Assembly: GCA_964291215.2 (NCBI GenBank)
Contig: OZ219791.1
Location: 2,816,001 to 2,880,000 of the forward strand
Length of the DNA stretch: 64,000 nt
DNA from: Alphaproteobacteria bacterium
GTDB taxonomy: Bacteria > Pseudomonadota > Alphaproteobacteria > MPNO01 > UBA830
Direction of reading: 5' to 3'
In this document: positions 47,800-57,578 of the stretch, piece after piece
How the letters are laid out: each line of letters starts with the position of its first letter
Position numbering within the stretch: position 1 is the stretch's first letter
Made by a program: the position numbers and the translations under genes
Notes under the pieces: generated by a model
The model's input: only the letters and a program-made list of their open reading frames with translations
What the model was told of the DNA's origin: nothing
Database searches by the model: none

Positions 47800-48092
47800 G
47801 TGAGCGAAGGAGACACGGCCCTCACCTCTGCCGAGAAACAGCGCCGTTATCGGGAACGCCGCAAATCTCTGCCCACGGAAAGCCCCGTCGTTCCCGTGCG
47901 CAACGCTGGCGCGATGCGGTGGCTCGGTGCAGTGCAGGAGCACTGTCGGGACTGTCTCGACAGTCTCCCCGACTCCCTGCGCGACACGGCTTGCGGAGAA
48001 CGTCTGCAGATCATCGTCGAGGCTGACATCGCGGATCTTGAGGACATCGAACCGCCGCGCGGCTACGGACGGAACACCTGGAACCCCATTGA
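47800..48092 (+). pseudogene. Small conserved hypothetical protein (mobile-element associated), frameshifted
   Basis: LTSAEKQRRYRERRK / RSRAQRWRDAV / LDSLPDSLRDT...IEPPRGYGR split over two frames; recalled as a recurrent alphaproteobacterial hypothetical family. Confidence 0.45.
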
Positions 48093-48299
48093 CCACGGTA
48101 ACGTTACCATGCACGGGGACGCTGGACGGCAAGGTGGCCGCGCTCACGTGACCGTGAGCAATGGACGGCAACCCGCCGCCGGGACCACAAGCTGCATCTC
48201 GTCTCACTCGCAGGACATCGACAAGGCGGAACCTCGGACCGCCTGTGGACAACCACAGAAAAAATCACCGCGGACACCCGCAAAAACCTTGCCTGGAAA

Positions 48300-48710
48300 C
48301 ATGGATGCTCGGGATGCCAGGTCGCCATCATCGCCAGGCGCTTGTCCTCGCCGTCGCTCCACGGTGACCTCGCCAAGCTCCTCCGGAGAACATGCGAGTT
48401 CCTTGTCGGGACAGTCCTGCTCAAAGGTGCCGGTGTCGAGGCCATGAGGCCCTGGTGCAGGAAGGACGATGCCGAGCGACGAGGCAAGATCAGGCAGCGC
48501 CGCACGCGGCAAGGCACAACTCGCCCTTCGCGTTGCGCCAGTCCTCGCGTTCGCACAATCCCTGCGCCAGGGGCGAGCGCGTGTTGCCCTCGGCAACCGA
48601 CGCCGCCTTCAGCCAATCAACCGTCGTCGTGGATAGATGTCGAAAGCCAATTCTCATGGGCCACTATATAAGGCCTCATGAACGACGATTCGATCATGGT
48701 TCGTTGAAAG
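48300..48710 (-). mobile_element. 5' remnant of the DUF4338-IS4 element (uninterrupted left end)
   Basis: Inverted homolog of 21795-21832 plus 23354-23705; begins CTTTCAACGAACCATG at 48710. Confidence 0.8.
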
Positions 48711-48711
48711 G

Positions 48712-49151
48712 ATGAGGGTCGACCTCCTCGACTGCATCCGCCGAGCGGAGGGCGCTGATGAAATCCGCGCCATCGTCATCACCGGCAACGGCGACCGGGC
48801 ATTCTGCGCAGGTGCGAACGTCCCCGAACTCGCAAAGCGGACGCCGGGACGGGGACTGCAGCAACGCCAAGAAAGGAACTGCCGACAGCCCTCGAACGGC
48901 CCGGCAAGCCGTCCGTGGCTGCAATCAACGGATACTGCTTCGGCAAAGGGCTTGAGCTGGCGTTGTGCGGCACGCTCCGCATCGCCAGCGAGAACGTCAC
49001 CTTCGCCCAGCCTGAAATCACGCTGGGCCAGATATCCGGCGGCGGCGGAACGCGGCGGCTCTACCGGTTCGTCGGCCCGGGCCGGGCCATGCAGATGATC
49101 CTCACCGACCCGCTTCATCGAACCGCCACAATTCCCGCGCCTCAGCGATAA
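48712..49151 (+). pseudogene. Enoyl-CoA hydratase/isomerase fragment
   Basis: IRAIVITGNGDRAFCAGAN, then a frameshift to KPSVAAINGYCFGKGLELALCG...FAQPEITLG...GGTRRL; 5' end cut by the IS. Confidence 0.8.
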
Positions 49152-49308
49152 CAGGATCGACAGGAAAGCGCTCCTTGGCATGGTTTCGCCGCCACAGGTC
49201 GATTCGGCAGTCAGGGATGCACGGCACCGGCAGGTCAACATCGCGGGACCGGTACTTCCGTCCCCCCGCCGGTTGCCTTTTTCCGCGCCAGCGCTGATGC
49301 TTGCGGCC

Positions 49309-51057
49309 ATGTGGAAATTAGAATGGCGAGACGATCCGGGAGAGGGCAGCCCGCTCTACAGGATCCTCGTGCTTACCGCGACGGCTCTCGTGCTCGGTTT
49401 CGCCGCCTCCTTCGCTGCGATCCTGTTTGTCGAATGCGTCGCCTGGTTCAACAATGTTCTGCTGATCTCTCCGAGAACGCGCATACAATACGAGGATGTG
49501 CCGTGGATCGTGCCCACGGCAACCGTCGCAGTTCCCACGGCCGGCGGCCTCATTGTCGGAATCCTGCTCCGCCACTGTTCCCGCACGAAGCGCCCCCTCG
49601 GGCCGCCGGATGTAATTCAGGCCGTGCAGTTCCGGGTGCCGTTGCCGGACGCGCGGTCGGGCACGGTTTCGATAGCCGCGGCCACGATCTCGCTTGGTTT
49701 CGGCGCTTCGGTCGGCCAGTACGGACCAATGGTCTATCTGGGCGCGATGTTCGGAAACGCGGTGTCCCGACTCCGGCTGCGCGTCAGCAATCTGCCGGCC
49801 ATTGCCGTCGCCTGCGGCGTCGCGGCCGCCATCTCGACCGCCTTCAACGCGCCGATTGCCGGACTGGTCTTCGCGCACGAGGTGGTCCTGCGCCACTATT
49901 CCACCCAGGCCTTCGCGCCGACGACGATTGCTGCGGCTGCAGGATATGTAGTCGCCAACGTCGTGTTCGAACGGCCGGCCCTGTTTCTGGTCGATTTCAC
50001 GGGCGTGGGCCACGGACACGAATTCGTCCTGTTCGGCCTGCTGGGGGCTCTTGCCGCCGGCGTGGCCATCGCCTTCATGTCGGCGGTACTCGGCGGCGCG
50101 AGGCTTGCGACGAGGTTTCCCGGCCCCGCAACGCTCCGGCCTGCAGCCGCAGGCATCGTGCTGGGCCTGACCGCGCTCTGGCTTCCGGAGATCCTCGGAA
50201 TTGGCCAAGAGTTGCTGCGTTTCGCGACCATCGAGGGCGCTTTCGACCTGGCCGAACTGCCGGTACTCTTGATCGCCAAGATCGCGTTGACGGCGCTGTG
50301 CGTCGGTTTCGGATTTGCGGGCGGCGTTTTCAGCCCGGCCCTTGTCATCGGCGCGCTGTTCGGCGCACTTTTCTGGGGCGCCGTGACGGCCGCCACTCAG
50401 ACTGAAAATTCGGGTGTCGCGGTCTACGCCATCTGCGGCATGATGGCGGTGGCGAGCCCGGTGACCGGCGCCCCGCTGACGATGATCCTGGTTGTGTTCG
50501 AGCTCACGCGAAACTACGACATCACGATCGCGGCCATGGTCGCGATCGTGATGTCCAACCTGATCGCCCACCGCGTGTTCGGCCGGTCGCTGTACGATGT
50601 GCAGCTCGCGGACCGGGGTATAGACCTGTTCCAAGGGCGCGACCGAGCCCGCCTCGCCGCCGCCAAGGTAGTGGAGTACGGCGTCGACAGCTTCGCCCGG
50701 GCTGACGCGAACGAGCCGGTTCGGGACGTGCTGGAACGGCTGGCCGGCACGCTCCAGCGCGAGGCGTTCGTGGTCGATTGCAACGGCTGCCTCCTAGGCG
50801 TCATCCGCGAGGTTTCAAGCGCCGGCGACACTCCCGCCCTTGTGGGCGACGCCATGGAAGCACCGGCCGTCCGTTTCGACGAAACGACAACGGTCTGGCA
50901 GGCCATCGGGCAGATGGACACCCTTGCCGACGAAGCGATTCCGGTTGTCGATTCGAAGTCGGATGTCCTGATCGGCGTCGTCACGAAATCGGCGCTCGTC
51001 CAAGCCTACCAGGACATCTCTCAGCAACTCAGGCGAGAAGAAAATGCGCCGCTCTGA
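49309..51057 (+). CDS. ClC-family (chloride channel/transporter) protein with C-terminal CBS-like domains
   Basis: SVGQYGP, AFNAPIAGLVFAHEVVL, GGVFSPAL, GAPLTMILVVFELT, SLY; start uncertain (49180-49309). Confidence 0.88.
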   Translation: MWKLEWRDDPGEGSPLYRILVLTATALVLGFAASFAAILFVECVAWFNNVLLISPRTRIQYEDVPWIVPTATVAVPTAGGLIVGILLRHCSRTKRPLGPPDVIQAVQFRVPLPDARSGTVSIAAATISLGFGASVGQYGPMVYLGAMFGNAVSRLRLRVSNLPAIAVACGVAAAISTAFNAPIAGLVFAHEVVLRHYSTQAFAPTTIAAAAGYVVANVVFERPALFLVDFTGVGHGHEFVLFGLLGALAAGVAIAFMSAVLGGARLATRFPGPATLRPAAAGIVLGLTALWLPEILGIGQELLRFATIEGAFDLAELPVLLIAKIALTALCVGFGFAGGVFSPALVIGALFGALFWGAVTAATQTENSGVAVYAICGMMAVASPVTGAPLTMILVVFELTRNYDITIAAMVAIVMSNLIAHRVFGRSLYDVQLADRGIDLFQGRDRARLAAAKVVEYGVDSFARADANEPVRDVLERLAGTLQREAFVVDCNGCLLGVIREVSSAGDTPALVGDAMEAPAVRFDETTTVWQAIGQMDTLADEAIPVVDSKSDVLIGVVTKSALVQAYQDISQQLRREENAPL

Positions 51058-52123
51058 GTTCGTGATCGCGCTGCTCGCAGCCGGGCTGGCGGCCGGACAT
51101 GCGCATGCCCGGGAGGCCGTAACGGTGGTGACATGGGGCGGCGCGTACGAGGAGGCGCAGAGAGCCGCGATATTCGAACCGTTCACGGGCAAGACCGGAA
51201 TCGGAGTCGGCGTGCGCCGTCACGACGGCAGACCCGAGACCCTGCGCACGCGCTCGGAACCCGAAGCATGGGACGTTGTCGACCTCACCGAGGACCAGGC
51301 GATCGCGGCCTGCGAGTCCGGCCTTCTGCAGCGCCTGGACCACGCTGCCATTTTCAAGACGGTGCCGGCAGCTTCGCTCAAGGCGGACTTCGCGGCAGGC
51401 GCTTTCCGCGACTGTTCGATAGCCCAGAACGCGTTTGCATCGGTGATCGCCTACAACGACGACGCGTTTCCCGGCGTAAAGCCTCGTCGCATAGAGGATT
51501 TCTTCGATCTCACCTCCTTCCCCGGCAAACGGGCCATCGAGCGCAGTCCCGACGCGATCCTGGAATGGGCGCTGCTTGCCGAGGGCGTTCCGCCAAGTCA
51601 GGTCTACGATCTGCTGAGTACACCCCGCGGACTGCAGCTGGCTTTCCGGAAACTCGACACGATTCGCGCTTCCGTCATCTGGTGGACCGATGTCACGGCA
51701 CCGGCCGAACTGTTGCGGAGCGGCCGGGCGAGCATGGCGAGCGGCTACAACGGTCGTTTCTTCGCGGCCGCCCGGGACCAAGGCACCCCGATCATCATCG
51801 TCTGGGACGGTCAGGTCATTGGCTACGAGGTCTGGGCGATTTCTGCAGCATCGCAAAACACCAAGGCAGCGGAGAGGTTCATCCGCTTCGCCACCGCGCC
51901 AGAGCGGATGGCGCGCCTCGCCGAGAAGATCCCCTACGGTCCGACGCGGCGCTCGGCCATGGAACGGATAGGCCTCGATGCCGACAGGCGGATTCCGATG
52001 CGCCTCCACCTGCCCAACGCCCCCGGACACATGAAGCGGGCCCTGGTGCGCGACAGCGCTTGGTACGCCCATACGGCAACAATTCGGAACAAACGTTTCG
52101 CCAACTGGCTTGAAGGGAAATGA
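51044..52123 (+). CDS. ABC transporter substrate-binding protein (PotD/PotF-like)
   Basis: Signal peptide, TWGGAYEEAQ, FPGKRA, LEWALLAEGV, GYNGRFF, IPYGPTR; overlaps the ClC stop; no permease or ATPase nearby. Confidence 0.88.
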   Translation: MRRSEFVIALLAAGLAAGHAHAREAVTVVTWGGAYEEAQRAAIFEPFTGKTGIGVGVRRHDGRPETLRTRSEPEAWDVVDLTEDQAIAACESGLLQRLDHAAIFKTVPAASLKADFAAGAFRDCSIAQNAFASVIAYNDDAFPGVKPRRIEDFFDLTSFPGKRAIERSPDAILEWALLAEGVPPSQVYDLLSTPRGLQLAFRKLDTIRASVIWWTDVTAPAELLRSGRASMASGYNGRFFAAARDQGTPIIIVWDGQVIGYEVWAISAASQNTKAAERFIRFATAPERMARLAEKIPYGPTRRSAMERIGLDADRRIPMRLHLPNAPGHMKRALVRDSAWYAHTATIRNKRFANWLEGK

Positions 52124-52126
52124 TCC

Positions 52127-53686
52127 TCAGTCCCCGCCAACCGCACCGCCGCCACCGATCCGCTCCTCGATCCAAGCCTTGGCGAGCGCACGATCAATCT
52201 TGCCGGCCCCGTTCAGCGGCATCTCGTCGACAACGAAGACTCGTCGCGGATGGGCATAGGCCGGGCCGTTGTCGAGCGCGAAGCGTTTCAGTTCCTCCTC
52301 GTCCGGTTCCGACCCCTCGCCCAGGACAACCAAGGCAGCCGGCGCCAGGCCCTTGACCACATGGGCTACCGGAGCCACCACAGCGTCGATCACGTCGGGA
52401 TGCTGGACCAACAGCAGCTCCACTTCCTTGGGGTTTATGTTCTCGCCACCGCAGGAGAACTGGTCGTCCGTTCGCCCCATGAAATAGAAGAAACCGTCTT
52501 CGTCGCGCCGGAAGATGTCGCCGGTGCGGAGATAGCCATCAACGAGCCATTCGGCATCGAGTTCCGGCCGGTTGTTGTAGCCTTCGAGCACCGCAGGCGA
52601 ACGCACCCATAGTTCCCCCTCACCGTCGGCTACATCACCATCTGCTGACACCAGCCGGACATCGACTTCGGGTGCTACAAGGCCGCAGCTGCCGCGCGGC
52701 ACCGGCCGCGAATCAACGGGTTCACGCAACGGCCCTCCGCCTTCGGTAAGGCCGTAGGCCTCGATCACCGGAGCGCCGAAGGCCTCTTCCACCGCGACTA
52801 TCAGGTCGGCTCCCACCACGGCCGAACCCATCTCCAGGCTGCAAAGCTTGGCAAACGAGAGCGTCCGCAGCAGGTCGCGTTCCGCCAATACCATGCGGTA
52901 CATCGCTGGAACGCCGCCAGCATGCGTACATTCGTATTCGCAAAGCGCCTGCAGGAACGATCTCGGCTCGAACCTCGGAAGGATGACGACGGATCCCCCG
53001 ACCCGGAGCTTTGGCTTGATCGAAACCCGCATCGCGTTCTTGTGAAAGAGCGGCCCGGCGATCAGCGCACGGTCATCCGGTGCCGCGGGCCAGTATTTCT
53101 GTGCATGGCGGATGCCCCAGAGCATGCCGTCATGGGTAAGCAGTACGCCCTTCGGCTTGCCGGTCGATCCCGACGTATAGGGCAGGAACGCCGTCTGGCG
53201 CGGAGCAATCGTAGGCGCCCTGACCGGCAGGACTACGGACGCGAGCATGGTCTCATAGTCTTCCCATCCCGCAATGCCGGGAGCCGTCGCGATCTTCGGT
53301 CCGAGACCAGTTTCTTCGACGATTTCCGCGATTCGAGGATGGCATCCAGGCGAGACGATCGCAGATCCGGCGCCAGAATCGGCAATGATGAACCGTATGG
53401 TATCGGCACCGAGGCGGTGGTTCAGCGGTATCGGCACGACACCGGCGCGCATCGCCCCGAAGAAGACCTCGATGAATTCGAACCGGTTCTCCATCGCGAG
53501 GAGCAGACGGTCGCCGGGTACGAGGCCCAGACCCTGCAATGCTGCTCCGACCCGTTCCATCCGTTCGTTGAGCAGGCCGTGGGAAAGCTCCGCCGGCTGG
53601 TCACGCGACAGATCAACGATGGCAAGGCGCTCCGAATGATCGTGGGCAGCCTGCCGATTGAAATAGCCTAGGTTCCTACCGTTCAT
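52127..53686 (-). CDS. Acyl-CoA synthetase (class I adenylate-forming enzyme)
   Basis: YTSGSTGKPKGV, EAYGLTEGG, RTGDIF, GENINPKEVE, GAGKIDR. Confidence 0.93.
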   Translation of the reverse strand: MNGRNLGYFNRQAAHDHSERLAIVDLSRDQPAELSHGLLNERMERVGAALQGLGLVPGDRLLLAMENRFEFIEVFFGAMRAGVVPIPLNHRLGADTIRFIIADSGAGSAIVSPGCHPRIAEIVEETGLGPKIATAPGIAGWEDYETMLASVVLPVRAPTIAPRQTAFLPYTSGSTGKPKGVLLTHDGMLWGIRHAQKYWPAAPDDRALIAGPLFHKNAMRVSIKPKLRVGGSVVILPRFEPRSFLQALCEYECTHAGGVPAMYRMVLAERDLLRTLSFAKLCSLEMGSAVVGADLIVAVEEAFGAPVIEAYGLTEGGGPLREPVDSRPVPRGSCGLVAPEVDVRLVSADGDVADGEGELWVRSPAVLEGYNNRPELDAEWLVDGYLRTGDIFRRDEDGFFYFMGRTDDQFSCGGENINPKEVELLLVQHPDVIDAVVAPVAHVVKGLAPAALVVLGEGSEPDEEELKRFALDNGPAYAHPRRVFVVDEMPLNGAGKIDRALAKAWIEERIGGGGAVGGD

Positions 53687-54299
53687 GGCCCTCGGGATTC
53701 CACATCGCCCATCAGGCAGCCGGGACTGTGCGATCGCAATCCACATTCGGTCCGCGAGCCGTCCGCAGCGTCCATTTTACCCCAACCGAATTCCAGCGGG
53801 CTGCACGTCACCATAGCCGGCGCGATGAATCGCGGTCCATGACGGTCGGATACCAGATTCGGGGCAACGCGAGCCCGGTCTCTCGGATCACTTCTGTAGC
53901 AGGCGGAACAGCGAGAAGAAACCTCTCCGGCCTATCGACTCCCGAATGGAAAAGAGCATCACATATCGAGCATCGCCAACCAACAGAACCGCCGCGCATG
54001 CGGTCACCACAAGGTCGGCGCAAGGCGTTCCGAAATGGTGCGAGGAATCATGTCGATACTTCGAATTCTGCCTGATCGCTCCCAAGCCAGCGATCCAGTT
54101 CGCTAGCGACGCCAACTTCCTCACTATTTCGCGACACACATTCCCGCACGATCGCCACTCGCCTCCCGGAACTTCCCTCTGATGCCGCTGTTCGCGCACG
54201 ACATTGGCATCAAATTTTGCCTGCCAGAAATCCCGGCGAGTCGCAGGCGTCGTGACGGACCGTGACGTACCGGCAATTCGGATGACAACGTCTACAGGT

Positions 54300-54416
54300 T
54301 TGCCTGATCCAGACGCGCATCAAGACCGTTCTGGCCCCCTCCCGAACAAAGGTCTCAGCATGCGGATAATCGACACGATCGAATATTTTCGAATCAACGC
54401 CTTGATTTATTTGCAT
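54300..54416 (-). pseudogene. Possible GHKL-type ATPase N-terminal remnant
   Basis: ETFVRE / QNGLDARLD across a frameshift resembles the ExxQNxxDA N-box. Confidence 0.3.
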
Positions 54417-54451
54417 TTACCCAACAACAAACCATATTCATATCTGACATT

Positions 54452-54691
54452 TTATATTGGATATATTGATTTTATAAGAAATTCTTCTTCAATCAGGTCA
54501 TCATCTCTACCAAACCGGTTCTTGGCGGCATCTAACTCCTTTTGGAGAGTCTTGAAAATTTTCCGGACATCATCATTGCCGTAAGCATAGGCACTACGGT
54601 TGGAAAGATTGCCTATCAGACGAATATTTTTGATCGTCCGGTTAACGCGCAATTAGGCGAGTTCCACGAATTTTGCTCGTTTGTCCCGCAT
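54452..54691 (-). pseudogene. Small AT-rich hypothetical protein with internal stop
   Basis: MRDKRAKFVELA*LRVNRTIKNIRLIGNLSNRSAYAYGNDDVRKIFKTLQKELDAAKNRF; in-frame TAA at codon 13; low-GC segment. Confidence 0.6.
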
Positions 54692-54816
54692 TACTCGTCC
54701 TCGAGAATCCAGCATAGATTTTACTGACATTCCGTGGATGTGTCTAACATTTCATAGATATTAAATTTTTCCCAACAATATTTCTCATATTCTTCTTCTG
54801 TGAGCTATGAGAGCTC

Positions 54817-55170
54817 TCAGATCGTCAGGACAATACCCCTCCGACAGCCTTCGTTCCTGACCTCATTCATGAAAGACATGTCGCTCCTGCCATCGCGCGA
54901 CTGCGCTACCGTGAAATCGCTCTCGTGGACGCGGTCGCCGAAGAGCAGGCAGGCGTCGTCGGGGTCGCACTGGTTGGAGGTCCAGACGAGACTATCAGCG
55001 CTGGCATTATCGCGGTGGATGGCCGCGGCCCACAACACGGTCTGACCGTACAGGACCGGACTCGACGAGATCAGGTCACTGCGCGAGATACCGCATTGGC
55101 TCAGTATAACACTGCGCAGTTCGACCAATTGCAGCTCACGGTTCGTCAGAAGCTCCGAATTTTTTGCGTA
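54817..55170 (-). pseudogene. RES-domain (NAD+ phosphorylase-like) protein, 5'-truncated
   Basis: RELQLVELR...LISSSPVLYGQTVLWAAAIH...DSLVWTSNQCD...LLFGDRV, typical of a RES C-terminus; cut by the IS end at 55171. Confidence 0.7.
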
Positions 55171-56427
55171 GGTACTGTAACTTGATGTCTGGAAATTTGT
55201 CTGAGGTTTGCGCTTTGAGGCGTTTCACTGGGGGGCTAGTGTCTTGTCATTCGTCAAATGTCGAATAAGGGCGTTTGAGTTTCACGCGGGCATCGTCGGT
55301 GGTGAACTGCCAATCCACCTTGGCCTGAATGCGGTCGCCTGCCAGGCGGCAACTTCCCGGCGTAGCACCTCGATGCAGTCGATGCGGCGGTTCAGGCGGA
55401 TCATGACGTTGAGTTCCACCACGTTCAGCCAACTGCCGTGCTTGGGGGTGTAGACGAACTCGAAGCGGTCCCACAAGGCCTCGTCCGGCGGGTAGGCCTC
55501 GTAGAGGGCGCCGGGGAGTGTTGAGATTGTCCATCACCAGGGTGATGGTGGTGGCGTCCTGGTAGCGCCCGGCGATGTCGGCCAGGAACTGCGCCCAGTC
55601 GATCTTGCGCTCGGTTACCTTGGTCATGCGCTTGCCGGCCAGGGGTTCCGTGAAGACGTTGCAGGTGCCGCAACGTCGATACTCGTAGTCGTTACGTCCG
55701 TCCCGGCGCCATGGCGATCGGTTGCCGTGTCTCGCCGGTCGGGGCGTTTCGTCCATGCAGACCACGGGGAAGGCGGCGGGACGGCGATAGACATCGAGCA
55801 CCTTCTCCATCGCCGCGGCGAAGTCGGCGTTCCCTTGAGGAGGAATTACCCACCCGCTGCCATGGCTTGAGGCAGTTTTTTTTAGAACACGCCGCACCGT
55901 CTCGTGTGACACGGTATCAATGTAACCAAGCTCGACAACGCGGTTGGCCAGCAGCCGCAACGACCATTGCGCGTAACCCTCAGGCGGTTCACCACAACTC
56001 AGGGCCACGCGCCTCGAAGGTGCCGTCGGCTTTTCGCATGTAGGTAGGACGGCGTCCTTGCCGGCCACCCAATGCCGCCTCCAACCCCTCGAAACGCTTT
56101 TTCACCCGGTCTACTTTGCGCATGCTGATGCGCAGAATCTCGGCAATGACCTTCCCGGTCATCTGGCATTCATTGAACGCGCCCTCGTCGCAGTTAAGCA
56201 GGGCGTTGATTACCTTTTGCGACAGGTGCGAGCCCTTGATCTCCGAAAGTTCTGCCCGTTCGTCCAGGGTCACCACGTAGCGTTTCATACTCCGACCTCC
56301 ATCCCGAATGGACGGACAGTCTAGCACCAAATGTACGACATATCATTGCTGACATAACACTAGCCCCCAGTGAAACGCCTCAAAGCGCAAACCTCAGACA
56401 AATTTCCAGACATCAAGTTACAGTACC
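55171..56427. repeat. About 68-bp inverted repeat (IS256-type left end) flanking an IS630
   Basis: 55171-55239 and 56360-56427 are reverse complements, differing by one G in a run; they share ..TGATGTCTGGAAATT with the IS256 right end at 56934-56959. Confidence 0.85.
55240..56359 (-). mobile_element. Decayed IS630-family element
   Basis: CTAG on both sides; MKRYVVTL, WSLRLLA, VSHETVRRVLKK, VVCMDE, DYEYRRCGT, LVMDNLNT, TPKHGSWLN, VDWQFTTDDARVKL. Confidence 0.88.
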
Positions 56428-56439
56428 CCCCGTTGTTGG

Positions 56440-56959
56440 CCTGCATGGTACGACCTTCATCGTCTCGGATGACCATGCTGGGCTGAAAGCAGCACGACGC
56501 GCGGTGCTGGGCGCGGCGACGTGGCAGCGCTGCCAGTTCCACCTGGCGCAAAACGCCGTGCAGCACGCACCGAACAATGACATCAGGAAACGTATTGGAA
56601 AACAGCTCGGAGCCATGCGTCCTCACTCCAAACCGCCGAGGCTGAACTGGGCGTCCTCGTGGCCAGCTATCGCGACAAGCATCCGGGCTTCCTGGCTGGA
56701 AAACAATGCGGGGCTCGCTGTCTTCACCTTGCCCGATGCTCACCGCAAGCGCATGCGAACCTCGAACGGCATCGAGCGACCGATCCAGCAAGAACTCAAG
56801 CGGCGCACCTCCAAAGTCAGGGTCTTTCCAAACCTCGCCTCGTTGGAGCGCCTCTCAACCGCGGTCCTCATCGACGAAAAATGGGAAACCGAAACCAAGA
56901 TCAAATGGGAACAGCTCGATCAGCTTCACGACAATTTCCAGACATCAGGTTGCGTAATC
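56440..56959 (+). mobile_element. IS256-family 3' remnant
   Basis: SDDHAGLKAAR, WQRCQFHLAQNA, RMRTSNGIER, ELKRRTSKVRVFPN; terminal TTTCCAGACATCAGGTTGCGTAATC. Confidence 0.85.
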
Positions 56960-57196
56960 GGCTTGAACCCGGGGTTCGGTGCGGTGATGGCGGGCGGTGA
57001 GGAGCGGTTGGGGACGGATTCGATATACATGGCCACTATATATGGCTGATATATTTTTCTCTGTCAAAAATCGGCCCACAATTACATGGGTATACTTTGA
57101 TGTATGGAAAATCCGATAAACCACGCCAAATCAATAACTTGAGGTGGAAATCAGCCGAAATTTTCTGGAACTTCGGATTAGGAGATTCCCGAGATC

Positions 57197-57475
57197 CCGA
57201 AAAGGGCCGCCGGGGACCGGTCGCCAGGTCCGATGCCCACAACCTTCTCGAACGCCTCGCCGCCCGGAGACGGAACGTCCTGTGCTTCACAAGGCGTGCC
57301 GACATCCCGTTCTCCAACAATCGCGTTGAACGCGACTTCCGCATGGCCAAGGTCAGGCATAAGGTCTCCGGCTGTTTGCGAACCATCGCCTTCGCAAACG
57401 CTTGGTGCCGCATATCCAGCTACCTGCGGACAATGACGGCACTCGGATACAACCTGCTCGTCGCCATTGATATCG
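57197..57475 (+). pseudogene. 3' fragment of a second, distinct IS66-family transposase
   Basis: KGRRGPVARSDAHNLLERL...PFSNNRVERDFRMAKVRHKVSGCLRT...WCRISSYLRTM. Confidence 0.75.
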
Positions 57476-57578
57476 GAGCAAGCGGTCACTCTAGAATTTC
57501 GTATCGCGTACCCTGAATGTTGATGACGTTCCGACCGTCCTGAAAGTCCACGATCGTGTCGCTGCCGATTTGTCCAGA

